Shown: positions 27,290-40,920, counted from the stretch's first letter. The stretch is DNA of 64,000 nucleotides from the human T2T-CHM13v2.0 reference genome, Homo sapiens (GCF_009914755.1 NC_060932.1), one strand, 5' to 3'. Made by a program: numbers and translations. The notes: a model not told the origin generated them from the letters alone.

Positions 27290-28046
27290 ACACATTTCTC
27301 CAAAGAAGATATACGAATGTCCAGCAAGCACATGAAAAGATGCTCAAAATCACAAATCATTAGGGAAATATAAATCACAACCACAATGAGATATTACCTT
27401 ATGTCCATCTTTGGCTACTATCAACAGAAAATATGTGTTGGTGGGGATGTGGAGAAATCAGAGCCCTTGTGCATTTGGTGGCAGTGTACAATGGTGCAGC
27501 CACTGTGAGAAACAGCATGGAGTTTCCTCCAAAAATTAAACATAGCATTACCATATAATTCAGCAATCCCACTTCTGGTATATACCAATAAGAATTGAAA
27601 GCAGGGTCTTGAAGAGATATGTGGATACCAGGTTCACAGCTGCATTATTCACAATGGCCAAAAGGTGCAAATGACCCAAGTGTCCATTATGTGTGAATAG
27701 ATAAAGAAAATGTACATAAATGGAGTATTATTTAGCCTTAAAAGGAAGGAAAATTTGACACATGCTACCACATGGATGCAACTTGAGCACGTTATGCTGA
27801 GTGAAGTAAGCAAGACACAAAAGATGAATACTGCTTGAGGCACCTGGAGTAGTCAAATTCATAGAGACAAAGTAGAATGGGGACTGCCAGGGGCTGGGGG
27901 GAGGAGACATGGGAGTTAGTGTTTAATGGGTGCAAGAGTTTCAGTTTGGGAACATTGGTTGTATAACAATCGGAAGCCATGTGATGCCACTGAGCTGCAC
28001 ACTTAAAATAGTTAATGTTCTGTGTATTTTACAATAATTTTTAAAA
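27290..28046 (+). mobile_element. L1MB 3' end
   Basis: catttctccaaagaagatatac...gagttagtgtttaatggg...cacttaaaatagttaa. Confidence 0.9.
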
Positions 28047-28734
28047 AGTTCCAACTTCCTTATCTCTAAAATTGGGTGAAAAAGCCTTCCCTGCCTCTGA
28101 GAGTGATGAGGCTTGAATTTGTGATATGTCCAACACCCTCAGTAAATGATCCAGCCCAAAGTCAGTGATCAGTGACACCAATGAAGAGTGTGATGGTCTT
28201 TCCTGTCCTTCTGCTGGCTCGTGCTCAGGGATGGTCAGCCCTTGGGCACAGTCCTTCACCTCTCTGGGCCTCAGTTTCCCCACACAGAACAGATATGGTG
28301 CGACCATGGCCAAGGCCCCTCTCCTTTCCTGCAGTGGTGCTCCCCACTGGTTACATGCTGGGAAGGGCATCACCCTTCCCAGGATCTGGAAGCAAGATTA
28401 CTGGGGGCGGGGCCTGTGGATTTTATTCTGCTTCTCCGGATGATGAGGGGTAAAAGACAGGGGTGACCTGTGCTCCCCCTACTGGAGAAGCCTAACTCTG
28501 GCATTTGATGGTCCTGGCGGGTGTGCACATATGTGCATATACGACCAAGTGTGTGTATGTCCACACATGGGTGTATCCATCCACGTGGCGGGGTGTGGAG
28601 GCGGGAAGTCCTAGCGGTGTGTGCACAGAGGGAGGGGCTGCTGTGCTGAAGGCCATAGCCCTCATTTTGGTCCTCAGATGACAAATATTGAAGAGTCTTT
28701 CCATATTTGTCGATATCAGTGTTTTGTTAATCTT

Positions 28735-28880
28735 TTCTGCACATTGGAAAACTTTATAAGAATGTGGGTGCCTGAGGCCCACCCCAGAGGCGCTGATTTA
28801 ATTGATCTGGAGGTGGCCTGGGCCCAGGCTTTCAAAGCTCCCTTGGGATTTTAATGTGCAGCCAGTTGGGAGCTACTGCT
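28735..28880. mobile_element. MER5A-like hAT MITE
   Basis: gaggcccaccccagag...ctgatttaattgatctgg...aatgtgcagccagttgggagctactg. Confidence 0.7.
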
Positions 28881-29539
28881 CCTTGGGGCAGACAGAGAAG
28901 GCTCCAGCCCAGACTTGCTGGGGCTGTTCCCAGTCTGAGGGCTGAGGAAGCTGCTGTGTGTGTGAGGGAGGCTACCTGTAAGCTGTTTATTACCTGCTTG
29001 AATTACTGGGTAAATATTGGCCAGAGGCTCCGATGTCCCAGGAGCTACCTGTGGTCACCACGGGTACATCCCTGGCGTAGCGGGATCGATGTGTCTGGCT
29101 GGGGCTCTGGACGGGCCACACAGAGGGAAAGGGTATCCCTGGGGGACGCAGTGGCAGGACCTTCCAGTGGAGAGCTGGGCTCTTCAGACAGGCATGTCCA
29201 TGTGCAGCGGAAGCCCCGGAGGTGAGGTTGGGCTGAATTTTGCTCATTTGAGCTTTGAGAGTTTTGGCAGGATTTCTAATCTGTCTGAATCTCAGTCTCA
29301 ACCTGTACAAAGATAACAGTAGCTGCCTGCAGTGTTACCATGTGGATGAAATGACACCACGGTGCACAAAGCACTGTCACACAGCAGTCACTCAATAAAC
29401 AGGTGTTTCTTTTTTCTGGATGAGAGATCCAGCGGGCTGCCTGGTCTGTGGGAAGGTGTCTCGGTCTTCCTGCCGTGAGTCGCGGCAATCCCACGGCTCC
29501 GGGGAAATGTGGGGAAGAGACTGAACTCCTTTCCTTCTG

Positions 29540-29895
29540 GGTAGGGGCTGAATTGTGCCCGCCCAAAATTCAAAGTTCTAACTCCCTGTGTACTTGGAGG
29601 GTCTTTAAAGAGGTAATTAAAGTTAAACGAGGTCATTAGGTTGGGCCCTAATCCAATATGACCGGCATCCTTATAAGAAGAGGAGATTAGGGACATAGTC
29701 ACACACAGAGGGAAGACCCAGTGAAAACACAGGGAGGAGGCGACGGTATCTACAAGTCACAGAGAGAGGCCTCAGAAGAAACTGATCCTGCCAACCTTAA
29801 CTTTGGACTTCCAGCCACCAGGCTGTGAGGAATACTTTTTGTCGTTAAAGCTCTTGCGTCTGTGGCACTTTAGGCACCCCTAACTGACAGATACA
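29540..29895 (+). mobile_element. MLT1A/B MaLR LTR
   Basis: ctgaattgtgccc...gaggtcattaggttgggccctaatccaatatgac...ggacttccagcc. Confidence 0.88.
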
Positions 29896-29949
29896 CTTCC
29901 CCACCTCAACCCCGCTCCAGCTCTGGAGCACATCAGCCACATCAGCACT

Positions 29950-30645
29950 CACCCTCTTCCTGCAACGTCTAAATCCTTCATCTCTCCCTTCTCCTTTCCC
30001 CCAAGTAACACCAGTCACCAAATCCTAAAGTCTCCCAGCTTTTCCTCCACTGTAACCCTCGGCCTCCCAGGCCTCCTTCTGTGTCATTGCCAGAGCCTGC
30101 TCCGCACCATCCTCCACCACAGGCATGTTTGTCAGCTTTGCACACGAGCACACGATGGGGCGGTGTTCAGATCCTGATGCATTAGACTCCAGGAGAGCCC
30201 AGATCGCTGGGCTGGACGGCCAGCCCTCCATGACCAGCCATGTCTCTCCTACACCACAGGCTGCATGGACATCTGAACAGGACCCGCATAGTTTCCAGAA
30301 CATGCCATGTTACTCTCACACCTCTGGGCCTCTGGGCTCCACTGCCTGAGACCTTCCTCCCTTTCCTGCCCATCAAACTCCTATTCATCCTTCAAAGTCC
30401 TCTTTCAGTGTTTCTCTGCCGGAAGCTCTTCCCTCTTTCCTTCCAGTGCTGTGCACTGGCCTGTGCCACAAGCACGCAGTGTGGCAACACGTCATCTGTG
30501 TGTCTTCCTCCCTGCCAGAGTGTGAGCTGATGACACCAGGGGCCATGCTTTATTTATCCTCACATCCCAAGCATCTAGCCCCGCAACTGGGGGCATAGTT
30601 GGTGCTCAATAGAGGCTTCTCAGATGAAGGAAATAAATGAATAGT
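29950..30645 (+). mobile_element. L2 3' region
   Basis: Ends ...gcatagttggtgctcaatag...aataaatgaat. Confidence 0.6.
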
Positions 30646-30651
30646 TTAGGC

Positions 30652-30865
30652 TAGATTTTTTGGCCAGAGGATTCTTTGCTGGGGAGACACAAAGAAGAGA
30701 TTCTTTCCTGCTGTGCAGGGTAGGCTGTTTAGCAGCATCTCTGGCCTCTGTCCATTAGACGTAGGTTGCACTCCTGCCCCCACCTCCAAGTTGTAACAAC
30801 CCAAAACATCTCCAGAGACTGTCAAATGTTGCCTGGGGACAAAATCCCCTGGTTGAGAACCACTG
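30652..30865. mobile_element. MER20 DNA transposon
   Basis: tttagcagcatctctggcctc...ccaaaacatctccagagactgtcaaatg...ggttgagaaccactg. Confidence 0.85.
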
Positions 30866-31807
30866 ATGTAGGCCTGCAGAGAGTTCAGAATCTTTTGAAA
30901 TTCACTGTCGGTAGATCCAAGTTTAGTAGGACACACATATTGATTTTATTAGAGCACGAATAAGAGATAAACAGCAATTCCGGAGGCCTCGTCCTGAAGA
31001 GGGTTCTATTACAAATGGTGGGAGGGAGGGGTCTTCTTCTAGTAATAAGGCTAGGAGGCTTTTTTTCCCCCTGATATTTCGACTTGAATTTCCTGTTAAA
31101 TGGTGTGCAAAGCCAGTGGGAGAAGATACGCTTTCCGTACCAGGCAGTGGCTCTGAGAGCAGTAGGGATTACAATTTTCAGAAATCAAGTTGGCACCTCT
31201 TCTGCCTCCCTCCAATTAAATCCCCTCTTTAAAAATCTTTAACTGATTTTCTCCAAAATCACTTTGTCCCTGAAGCTTCCCGGATGCATAAGCATCATAA
31301 AACACTTTGCACAAGCCTCCTTTCGCTGGGACCATCCACGAAGTGTCGGGAACACCAGGCATCCCTCTGCATCCTTGCTGTCCATCTGTGTCTCTCCGTG
31401 CCCAGGGCAGCAGCTTAAGGTAACGTTCCCTCTCTCCCACGTTGGTCCCCAACCACTCAGGTGACCGCTTCCCATGGGGTGAACTGGACACGTTTCTAAC
31501 CTCCCTGCACTCAGTTTACCCTTTTGTAAAAGCGGATGATAATATCCCCCTCATCATGACTGTAAAGCAGTGGGCACCCAGCAATGCCACCATCCTCACA
31601 GGCCACGACACAGAGTTTGTTTAGGGACCAGATGGCCAGATAAGCTGCCCCTTCTGACACGAAGCAAATTCTTAGGTGAGGAAGCTCCTCTTATCTGGGG
31701 AACTCTCCCAGGCCCATAAGCCCTCCTTCCTAATCACAACGTTGCCTATTATTGTCTCCTGTTAGACATCAAGTTCCTTTAAAAGGTAGCACATTGGGCC
31801 TTAGCAG

Positions 31808-31997
31808 TAGGGCTGCCAGATAAAATACAAGATGCCCAACGAAATTTCAATTTCAGATAAACAACAAGTAATAAATTAGCTTACGTATGTTTCAAACATT
31901 GCACAGGACATACTATACTTAAAATTATTCATCATTTGTCTCAAATACAAATTCAACTGTGGAGTTTGTATTTTATGTGCGAAATCTGGCAACTCTA
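31808..31997. mobile_element. MER53 palindromic MITE, full length
   Basis: TIRs tagggctgccaga / tctggcaactcta with dyad symmetry across the element. Confidence 0.88.
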
Positions 31998-32969
31998 CTT
32001 ACCAACCATTTACACCTCAGGTAAGTACACCCATTGGATCCATTTCAGAGAGGGAGTTTAGATAGAAAGAGAATAAATATGAAGTTCATGGAACTACCTC
32101 TTGGGTGGTAACAAGTACGGTGGCCCTGGTGGGTCATTTGGTATGGATTGGCTTACCAGCTGAGTTTTATCTGTCATGAAACAGCTTAAAAAAAAAATAA
32201 GGAAGCCTAGTTTCCATTGACCCTGTGGCTTCTATATGAAACATGCATGTAAGGCTTCTGTGCTGGACCCCTTCCTCAAGATTTTTGGCAAAGAGGACCA
32301 AAAAGTAGCTTCTGTGGATATTACTTATTTAGTATTAATGTGGCAAAGCTAGGTCTCAGCTAGACATTTCAAGTAAACAGGATCACGCCACATACAGTTG
32401 TTTGAAACCAGAGATTTCCTGTGACCCTCAGAGCTTTAACGAGAACCAGAGAAGTGATTCTTTATAGAAACCCGTTAATTTTCCCTCCTCCCCCGTTTAA
32501 CCCCAAATACAACAAATCCCAGAACGTCTGCAGACAGTGGCTTGTTTGATAGATGAAGCCAGGAGGCCATCCCCCGATGCAGTTGTGCTGATGACTGGAG
32601 GCTGAGGCGGGTGCCAGTCCATATACAATAATTTCAAGAAGCTACAAACACAACTAATGAAGAAAAACATTAACCCCCAGCACACGATGTCTTTCGGTAA
32701 AGTCTCTTGGAGGGCTTTGCAAATCTCTTCTGACCTCAGCAGCTTAAAAGAGTTCCCAGGCAGATATGGAATCACGGTGGCTCCTTCATATTTCTCCTGG
32801 AGCAATCTACTGTCTCCAGACCCTGAACATTTGCTCGTGCTTTGCGGAGCAGACTTTGGCGGAATTCCCTATTGGAGGGACAACGATTGTTGTAAGATGA
32901 CCATAAGAAACTTTCCCTCTGTTAAACAAGAAAATCACATCAGTTATTTTGCTAGGTTGAGCATTTTCT

Positions 32970-33070
32970 CTTTTCTTTTTCTTTTTCTTTTTTTCTTTTT
33001 TTTTTTTGAGATAGAGTCACCTCAGACTCCCAAGTGCCTGGGATTCTAGGTGTCCACCACCACACCTGGC

Positions 33071-33101
<31 letters not shown>

Positions 33102-33365
33102 GGTATTTTCAGTAGAGACAGGATTTCATCATGTTGGCCAGGCTGGTCTCAAACACCTGACCTCAGGTGATTCACCCGCCTCTGCCTCCCAAAGTGTTGG
33201 GATTACAGGTGTGAGCCATGATGCTTGGCCTAATTTTTGTATTTTTAGTAGAGACGGGGGTTTCACCATGTTGGCCATGCTGGTCTCGAACTGGCCTCAA
33301 GTGATTCCCCCCACCTCGGCGTCCCAAAGTGCTGAGAGTACTGGCATGAGCCACTGTACCTGGCC
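32970..33365 (-). mobile_element. Rearranged trimeric Alu (left-left-deleted right)
   Basis: Two left arms plus an internally deleted right arm inside TSD tgagcattttct (32958-32969, 33370-33381). Confidence 0.88.
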
Positions 33366-35251
33366 ATTCTGAGCATTTTCTATTGGGATAATATACGCAA
33401 GTGAAGTATAAATGATTGTTGCTGTAGTCAAAAGCTGTAAGAGTATCTGAGTTAAGGCATGTCCCTTGGACTTAGAATACGAGTGTTTTAGTGGAGTGGA
33501 CTGACCCATGGTCTACAGGGTCCACATAATTCCATATAACCTCACTAATGACCTGCTACCTCTTTAGGGGAATCTGTGGAGGCCACCAAGTGCCCCTGGG
33601 TCACCAGAGTTGTGATCTTTCAGCTAGTGCTTGTCCAATTACAAGCGCATTTTTCTTTTTAAGAATGGTAGAGAAAGGACAAGAAGAGACAGGAAAAGAA
33701 AATACTAGATGCATAGCAAATCTTCAGGGTGAGTATTGTCTTGTGACACTTTTGTTTCAGGTACTTGATACACACATTTGTGTATTGGACTGCAGGTAAA
33801 GATATGTTTGCTACTGTGAGTTGTGCTGAAAACAATTTAAAAGAGCTGTCTTAAGCAAAGACAAATCTGATGTCATTACTTGGGCAGCTTTGAGTCCAAA
33901 ATCCAGCCAAGGAAGTGAGTGCTGAGAGAGTCATCAGGCGAGTGCAGGAATGCCTTCTTGATTAGAGTCACAGGACAGAGTCAGGGCACCAACATGGTGC
34001 CCTCAGGCAGGTCTAACCCCAGCTCTTCACTTAGTACCTTTCAGTCTCTCCAAGCCCCACTTCCTAACCCTCAGCAAGTGGACTGAGTACCAAAAGGGCC
34101 AGGCTTTGTTCAGTGCTAACTTCCAGGGCTCTTTACCTCCTTGACTGTTTTAAGACAGCCTTTGGCTTCCTCAGCATAGGGAGGGGCTGAGGCTAGTGCC
34201 GAGCCTGTCTTCCTTGCCCTCCACAGGACCCCTGCTCTGACTGATCTGGGGTCCCTCCTCCTGGGGCTCCCACACAATGAATGTCCCCAACATCCTTGGC
34301 ATGAGTGGAGATAGGAAAGTTTTCCAAATGTTTCCCTCTCCTCCTCTGAGAGATAAGATTCCCCCTCCATGTTTTTACCCATCAGGATGACGTGGGGCAC
34401 ATCTTGGGCACTTCAGGCTGGGACTTTTGTAAGTAGCAGGGTTGGCAAACCCATACATCTCCCTGCTTCATCCTGCGAAGGGGATCTCCAGCCACAGAGC
34501 CAATGATCCTTCCCTTTCCCAAATGCACATCATTTGAATTTGCCAACTCACAGACAGAGTGGACACTCTTCCCTCATTCTTCCCTTCTGGGTTTCCTTCC
34601 CGGCTCTTCCCTTAATTTTGTCTTTCCCCCTTTCCCTCTAAATCGTGCTGTTTCTGATGCAGCTTCCTAGTTTGTAAATAGGCACACCTACACATATATT
34701 TTTATGTTGGAGAAAGCATTTGCGGAAATTAAGCAAAGCCAATGAAAAACTGTATGGCTTTGACAATTGCATATTGCAAATATGCATTATGTGACTCTTG
34801 TTGAAATAGAGGTTCAATCAATCTAATGATCTTCCACTGTGCTTTCTGACTTGATCCCTAATTCTGAGGCTTATTCATCTGAAATATTCCTCACTTTTTG
34901 GGGGGCAGAGGTAGAGGATCATGTTTTTCCTTATAAATTGCCTTTAGTAATTGTTCAACAAAACATTTAAAGACATTGGCACTAAGTAGCACAAAAGTGA
35001 TATCACTGCAACTGATAGGAAGTTATCTAACTAGAAATCAACAGTTTGACGGTTATTTTTCCCCCAGGATGTATACTTTACCACCTCCTCTTATAATCAT
35101 AGTAAAGGTCGTATACCTGGAATTTAACTATTTAAAAAGCACTATGAAAATATCTTCCTCCCAAAGCCTTGCTGCACCTCGAGGGTGATCTTTGAGGAGG
35201 GAAGCATCTTGGGAAGAGCACACACGAAGCAGACCAGCCTTTTCCCACACT

Positions 35252-35700
35252 GCCTGGTCAGTCTTGATCCTCCCAGAAACAGATGCTAACATGGTATTAA
35301 ACGTGCAAAGATTTTATTAGGGGAAATGCATGTGTGAGAGAAAATGAGGAAGGAGTAAGAGAATCTGGAACTGTCAGTCTGCAAAGCAAGTTTAAATTCG
35401 ATGAAGGAAAGAGGGAGAGACAGTTGGGTGGAAATTTCTTGACCAAGATGCCATCAAAGGCAAGTCTGGCAAAGCAGTCACGGTGTCACTGCACTCACGC
35501 TGGCCACCGGAGGAGCCCGCCCGCTCTCCCTGCTGCACTCAGTTGTGGCTGGGAGCAGCCTGTGCATGGTGGGAAGGGAGACCTCCCTGGAAAAGCTGCC
35601 CTGGATTTCAGAGCAGCGGTGCGGCCTGGTCCATTAGCGCTGCCCTAGTGGGCAGGTGGGGTGGGAGGGTGTCTGTAAGGTGCATTCTTAAGGCCACGCT
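35252..35700. mobile_element. ERVL LTR16/LTR33-like element
   Basis: gatcctcccagaaacagatgctaacatggtattaaacgtgcaaagattttattaggggaaat resembles the LTR33-family end. Confidence 0.6.
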
Positions 35701-36594
35701 GCCTAACCTGGCCATTTTCCTACCTACCTGATAGGGATCATCTGGCCTCTTTACATCCATGCTTGCTTAAAGATACTTTTGCAGTATGCAAGACTTCTCT
35801 GTTTTGTGATTAGTTACTATTCATAGGTAATCCACAGATGGATCATGCTGCTTACAGCACACAAATGTGCCTCCTCCAGAGTTTGGTTAGCAGGTTCTAC
35901 AGCTGGAGAAAGCAAACAACTCAGGGAGTGCACTGAGTTCTGATGGAGTGACTGCTGGTGCCCAGCTTAGGCTCCATATCAGCCTCGGCTGTGTGTTCTC
36001 AAGGGAGCAGAAGCGGTAAGCTCCCTTGCAAAAAGTAATGCCCGTTGTGGGTTCCGTAGTGCATGAGAGGTTAACCCTGCACTTGGAGCCTCTCTGCCCC
36101 TTGGCAGTTGAGGTGCACCTCGCTCTGATCCTGTGGCACAGCCTGGGGAAGCCCCGAGGCCTCCTGGGACTGCTGTGAAGGGCCAGCCTCTCTTCCTTAT
36201 GGCCCTTGCCTTGGCTCCTACATCCAGATCTGTTACCTCTGGTCAGCCTCCTGCCAGCTGGCACGATGTTGGACCCTTCACCTCTTCAAGCAGAAATCTT
36301 GCCACTCTTGTATGTCATCTGGTTAGTGAATTCACTGCAGCTTTAAGGATCACTTCAGGTACGTCCTTCTGCCACCTTGCCTCGTCTCCCTCCTCACTCC
36401 ATGTCCTTTCCAAAAGCCCATGTTCCCCGGAGCCCTGGGTTCCCCCCGACTCCACGCCCCCGACACTCTAGCTCTCTGGGAGTAACTGCATCTGCTCTGA
36501 GAACTTCTTTCCCAGACCCCTCCCCACCAAACCCACCTTTCCCAGGCTCCAAGAATTCTGGGGAGTAAGAATGTCCTCTCCTTATGATCATTTT

Positions 36595-36880
36595 TTAAAG
36601 ATTTCTTTTCTGAAATAATTTCAAACTTAACAAAAAAGTTGCAAAAACAGTACAAAGAATCACCACATACCCAGATTTCCCAAAGGTTAACAGCTCACAG
36701 AACCACAGCAAAACGAGTGAAATCAAGAAACTGACCTTGAGGCACTCTATTGTCTAATCTGCAGGTCCCTTTCAAATTGCACCAGTTTCCCTTCAAATGT
36801 CCTTTTTCTGGTCTAGGATCCAATTCGAGACAGGCTCACACATTGCATTTCATTGTCACATCGTTTTAGTCTCTTTTAAT
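36595..36880 (-). mobile_element. L1MC-type 3' end fragment, followed by a MER58-like start (~36905-36975)
   Basis: tgaaataatttcaaactt...aaaagttgcaaaaacagtacaaagaa; cacattgcatttcattgtcac. Confidence 0.7.
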
Positions 36881-38239
36881 CCAAATTCTGGCGGCTGGGA
36901 GGGCGAGGGTTGGCAACATTTTTCTGTAAAAGACCAGATACGAAATGTTTTAGGCTCTGCAGGTCATGTAGTCACCCTTACAGTTATTTTTATTGTTTCT
37001 AAATGAATGTCTGGCAAATCTAGGCCAATAGATTCTGTAGATTAAAAAAACACAGTCTCTGATTTTTCTATCATTTCCTCATTATTCCTCTAATATTCCT
37101 CTAATATTTCCTCATTAAAAGCGTCTGACAGCCATCCGCATTTATCCAGTGTGTTTTAAGCAGTGCTCGGATGGAGTGAGACAGTGCCCATGAGCACAGG
37201 CTCGAGGGGCTCCATCCTCGTTTGGACCAGGAGGAGTGGGCGTGTCCTGAGGTTGAGCCCTGAGCTGGGCAGATGGGCTTGCAGAGCAGCTGTGTCTGGG
37301 TTGCCGGCTCTTCCACATCATTTAGAATGGAGGCTGCTCACGTCTCAGGGGGCTGGGACCCACCCAGCCTTCCCCTCAGTGCCCTCCTTCCCTCCCCCAA
37401 TCGGAATGCCTGGGGAACGGGCTTCACTTCAGATTCCTTCCCAACCCAGACTCTTCTTCCCCAGTGTGAGATGCTTGGAATCCCAGACAGGCAGAGTCAG
37501 CTGAGGACGGTGGGAGAAGAGGGCGGGGGCGTGGGGGGGGGGGGCGGTGCGGAGAGGAATAAGCCTCTTCAGCAATCAAAGCTGGCATTGTTCTCAAAGA
37601 GTTAGCCTGCATACCAGGCTTGCAATTAGCAGGGAATAATGGGGTGTGATGGCTGCAGAACAGCGGCTGGAACTGATTTTCAGCCTCACGGTGACAAACT
37701 GCCCTGCTGACTTCCCTGCCGTGTTTCCTGGTAACTTGCTGTGGGCAAGCTCAGTAGAGCAGAAATCCTCAGGGTAGGGGGAGGGAGCAATCTGTCTTCG
37801 AATAATTTAAACAATGCAGCTCAGCCAAGCTAAATGGAGCTTATCAAATGTTACACCGCTTAAAGCTGCAATCAGAGGCGGCAGGATATTAACTGTAAAG
37901 CCTGGGTTCTGCTCGGAAAGAAGGAAAGACCAGACTTGCTACTTAACAGAAAAGAAGGAGGAGTTTGAGAGGTGACTGGAGAGAGAATGGGATCAGCTTT
38001 GAAGCCCAGATCAAGAAGCAGATATTTGAGGACGGGGCAGGGAGACAGCCTTCACGGAGCACCTACTGTGTACGGGCCTGGCAGCTCGTTTACATAGATC
38101 GCTTTCTCTAACCTTTGCCCCAGCTCTGTAGAGACATGCTGTTATTCATACGCATTTTTAAATTTCTCTAACCTCTGCCCCAGCTCGGTACACACATGCC
38201 GTCATCATATGCATTTTTAAACAGTAGAGCGAATCACTT

Positions 38240-38600
38240 GAGACTTGTTCGCTTGCAAAAATGTTAGAAAACCCTGACTCCAACTGACCTGAGCAAAGGG
38301 ATTTTGTTTTCCTCTCTGTCTCTTGTAGTTAAGAATCTAGTGAACAAGCTTGATTCAGGGCTGCAAGGATGTCACCTGCAGCTGATCTCTCTCCACCTCC
38401 TGGGTCTGCCTTTTGCTGTGTTGGCTTTAGATTCAGGCTCCTTGAAGAGGTAAAATGGCAAGAGCCACTCGGATCCCTGGCGTCCTCTAAGGTCCAGGCC
38501 CAGGGAAGAAGAAGAGCTCTCTGCTCTAAAAGTTTAAGCAGGACTGACCTCCAGCTCCAGCCAACATGGAGTGAAAGGCCATGTTCACTCTCACCTTAAA
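38240..38600. mobile_element. Old MLT1 (K/L-like) LTR fragment
   Basis: agaaaaccctgactccaactgacctgagcaaaggg...tgattcagggct...gtgttggcttt. Confidence 0.5.
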
Positions 38601-38695
38601 CACTCAAAACCAGTATATGAAGCAATGGTTTTTGGACAAGAAATAGCATTCAGCTGGGGACAGGGACCCTCAAGGGAAGCAAAGGAATGAGTTGA

Positions 38696-39051
<356 letters not shown>

Positions 39052-39737
39052 TGCCTGGGGAGTTTCTACGCTGCAGGACTGGGACGGGAGAGTCAGGTGG
39101 AGCCTGGTGGTCTCCACGAGCAGAGGCGGACCCGGGAATCTGGGGAGGACAGGCAGCTGCAGGTCCCTGGAGAGAGCTGCACAGAGAGAGAGCTCTGGAG
39201 ACCTGCAGAAGGTCCCCGCTGAACATTCAGCAGACGATGGACTGGACCAGACCGTGGCATTCACACAAGGAAACTACTGGAGCCTGGGGAAACAGCCCCT
39301 TGAAGGAACGGGCATACCAATTCCCAGAGCTCACGCTATCAGGAACCTGGTCCTGCTAGCCAGAGTGGAGACAGCTTGTAAGACACAGGGCATCAGGAGG
39401 AGCATTTAGAAAGCTGCCGCCTCAGTAGTGACAATTAGTCCAATTAGCCCTTGACTTAAGGCTGTTCTGGTGCTAGCAGATCTCATGCAAGTCTTGAAAG
39501 GAATAAACTGTTTCCAAGTGACTGAACGAGATCCCAGAATAAAAACTCGAGAACATCTGAAGAACATGTAAAAATACCCATCACTCAAGAAGGTAGAATT
39601 CACAGTGTCTGTCAGCCGAGTAGAAATTACCAAGAACACAAAGAATACAACCCTTCATGAACAGAACTAGAAATCAATAGAAATAGAGCTAGAAGTGATA
39701 CCAATGATAGTAAACAAAGACACTAAAACTGTTATTA

Positions 39738-40225
<488 letters not shown>

Positions 40226-40256
40226 AAGAAAACATTACTTAACTTGAAGAAATAGC

Positions 40257-40312
40257 AGGAGGGTGCAAGAGTAATTTGCAAAAACCGCAATTACTTTCGC
40301 ACCAACCTAATA
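40257..40312. mobile_element. MADE1 (Hsmar1-derived MITE), internally deleted
   Basis: gcaaaaaccgcaattactttcgcaccaacctaata is the MADE1 TIR followed by TA. Confidence 0.85.
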
Positions 40313-40346
40313 GCAATAGAAACTATTCAAAATGAGAGTCCAGACA

Positions 40347-40639
40347 GGCCAGGCATGATGGCTCATGTCTGTAATCCTAGCACTTTGGAATGCTGAGGCG
40401 GGATCACCTGTGGTCAGGAGTTTGAGACCAGCCTGACCAACATGGAGAAACCCCGTCTCTACTAAAAATACAAAAATTAGCTGGACGTGGTGGCACATGC
40501 CTGTAATCCCAGCTACTCGGGAGGCTGAGGCTGGAGAATCACTTGAACACGAGGCAGAGCTTGCAGTGAGCTGAGATCGCATCACTGCACTCCAGCCTGG
40601 GCGACAGAGTAAGGCTCCATCTCAAAAAAAAGAAACAAG
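40347..40639 (+). mobile_element. AluSp-like
   Basis: ctgaccaacatggagaaacc; TSD aaaatgagagtc at 40329-40340 and 40640-40651. Confidence 0.92.
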
Positions 40640-40651
40640 AAAATGAGAGTC

Positions 40652-40920
40652 TAGGTGAGGGTGGCTGTTGCCTGTCATTCCAGCACTTTGGGCAGCCAAG
40701 GCAGGTGGGTTGCTCGAGCCCAGGAGTTTGAGACCAGCCTGGGCAACATGGTGAAACCTTGTCTCTACAAAAAGTTAAAAAATTAACCGGGTGTGGTGGC
40801 ATGTGCCTGTAGTCCCAGCTACCTGGGAGGCTTGAGGTAGCAGGATCACTTGAGCCTGGGAGGTTGAGGCTGGAGTCAACCATGATTGTCCAGCCTGGGC
40901 GATAGAGTGAGACCCTGTGA
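40652..40920 (+). mobile_element. AluJ whose tail became a GA/GGAA repeat
   Basis: ctcgagcccaggag, ttgagcctgggaggttgaggctg. Confidence 0.88.

Noticed and set aside
33720-33805. Splice-like signals (tttgtttcag...gcag|gtaaag), also aag|gtaagt near 4775
   Set aside because: Such motifs are frequent by chance, and a lncRNA exon cannot be supported without transcript data
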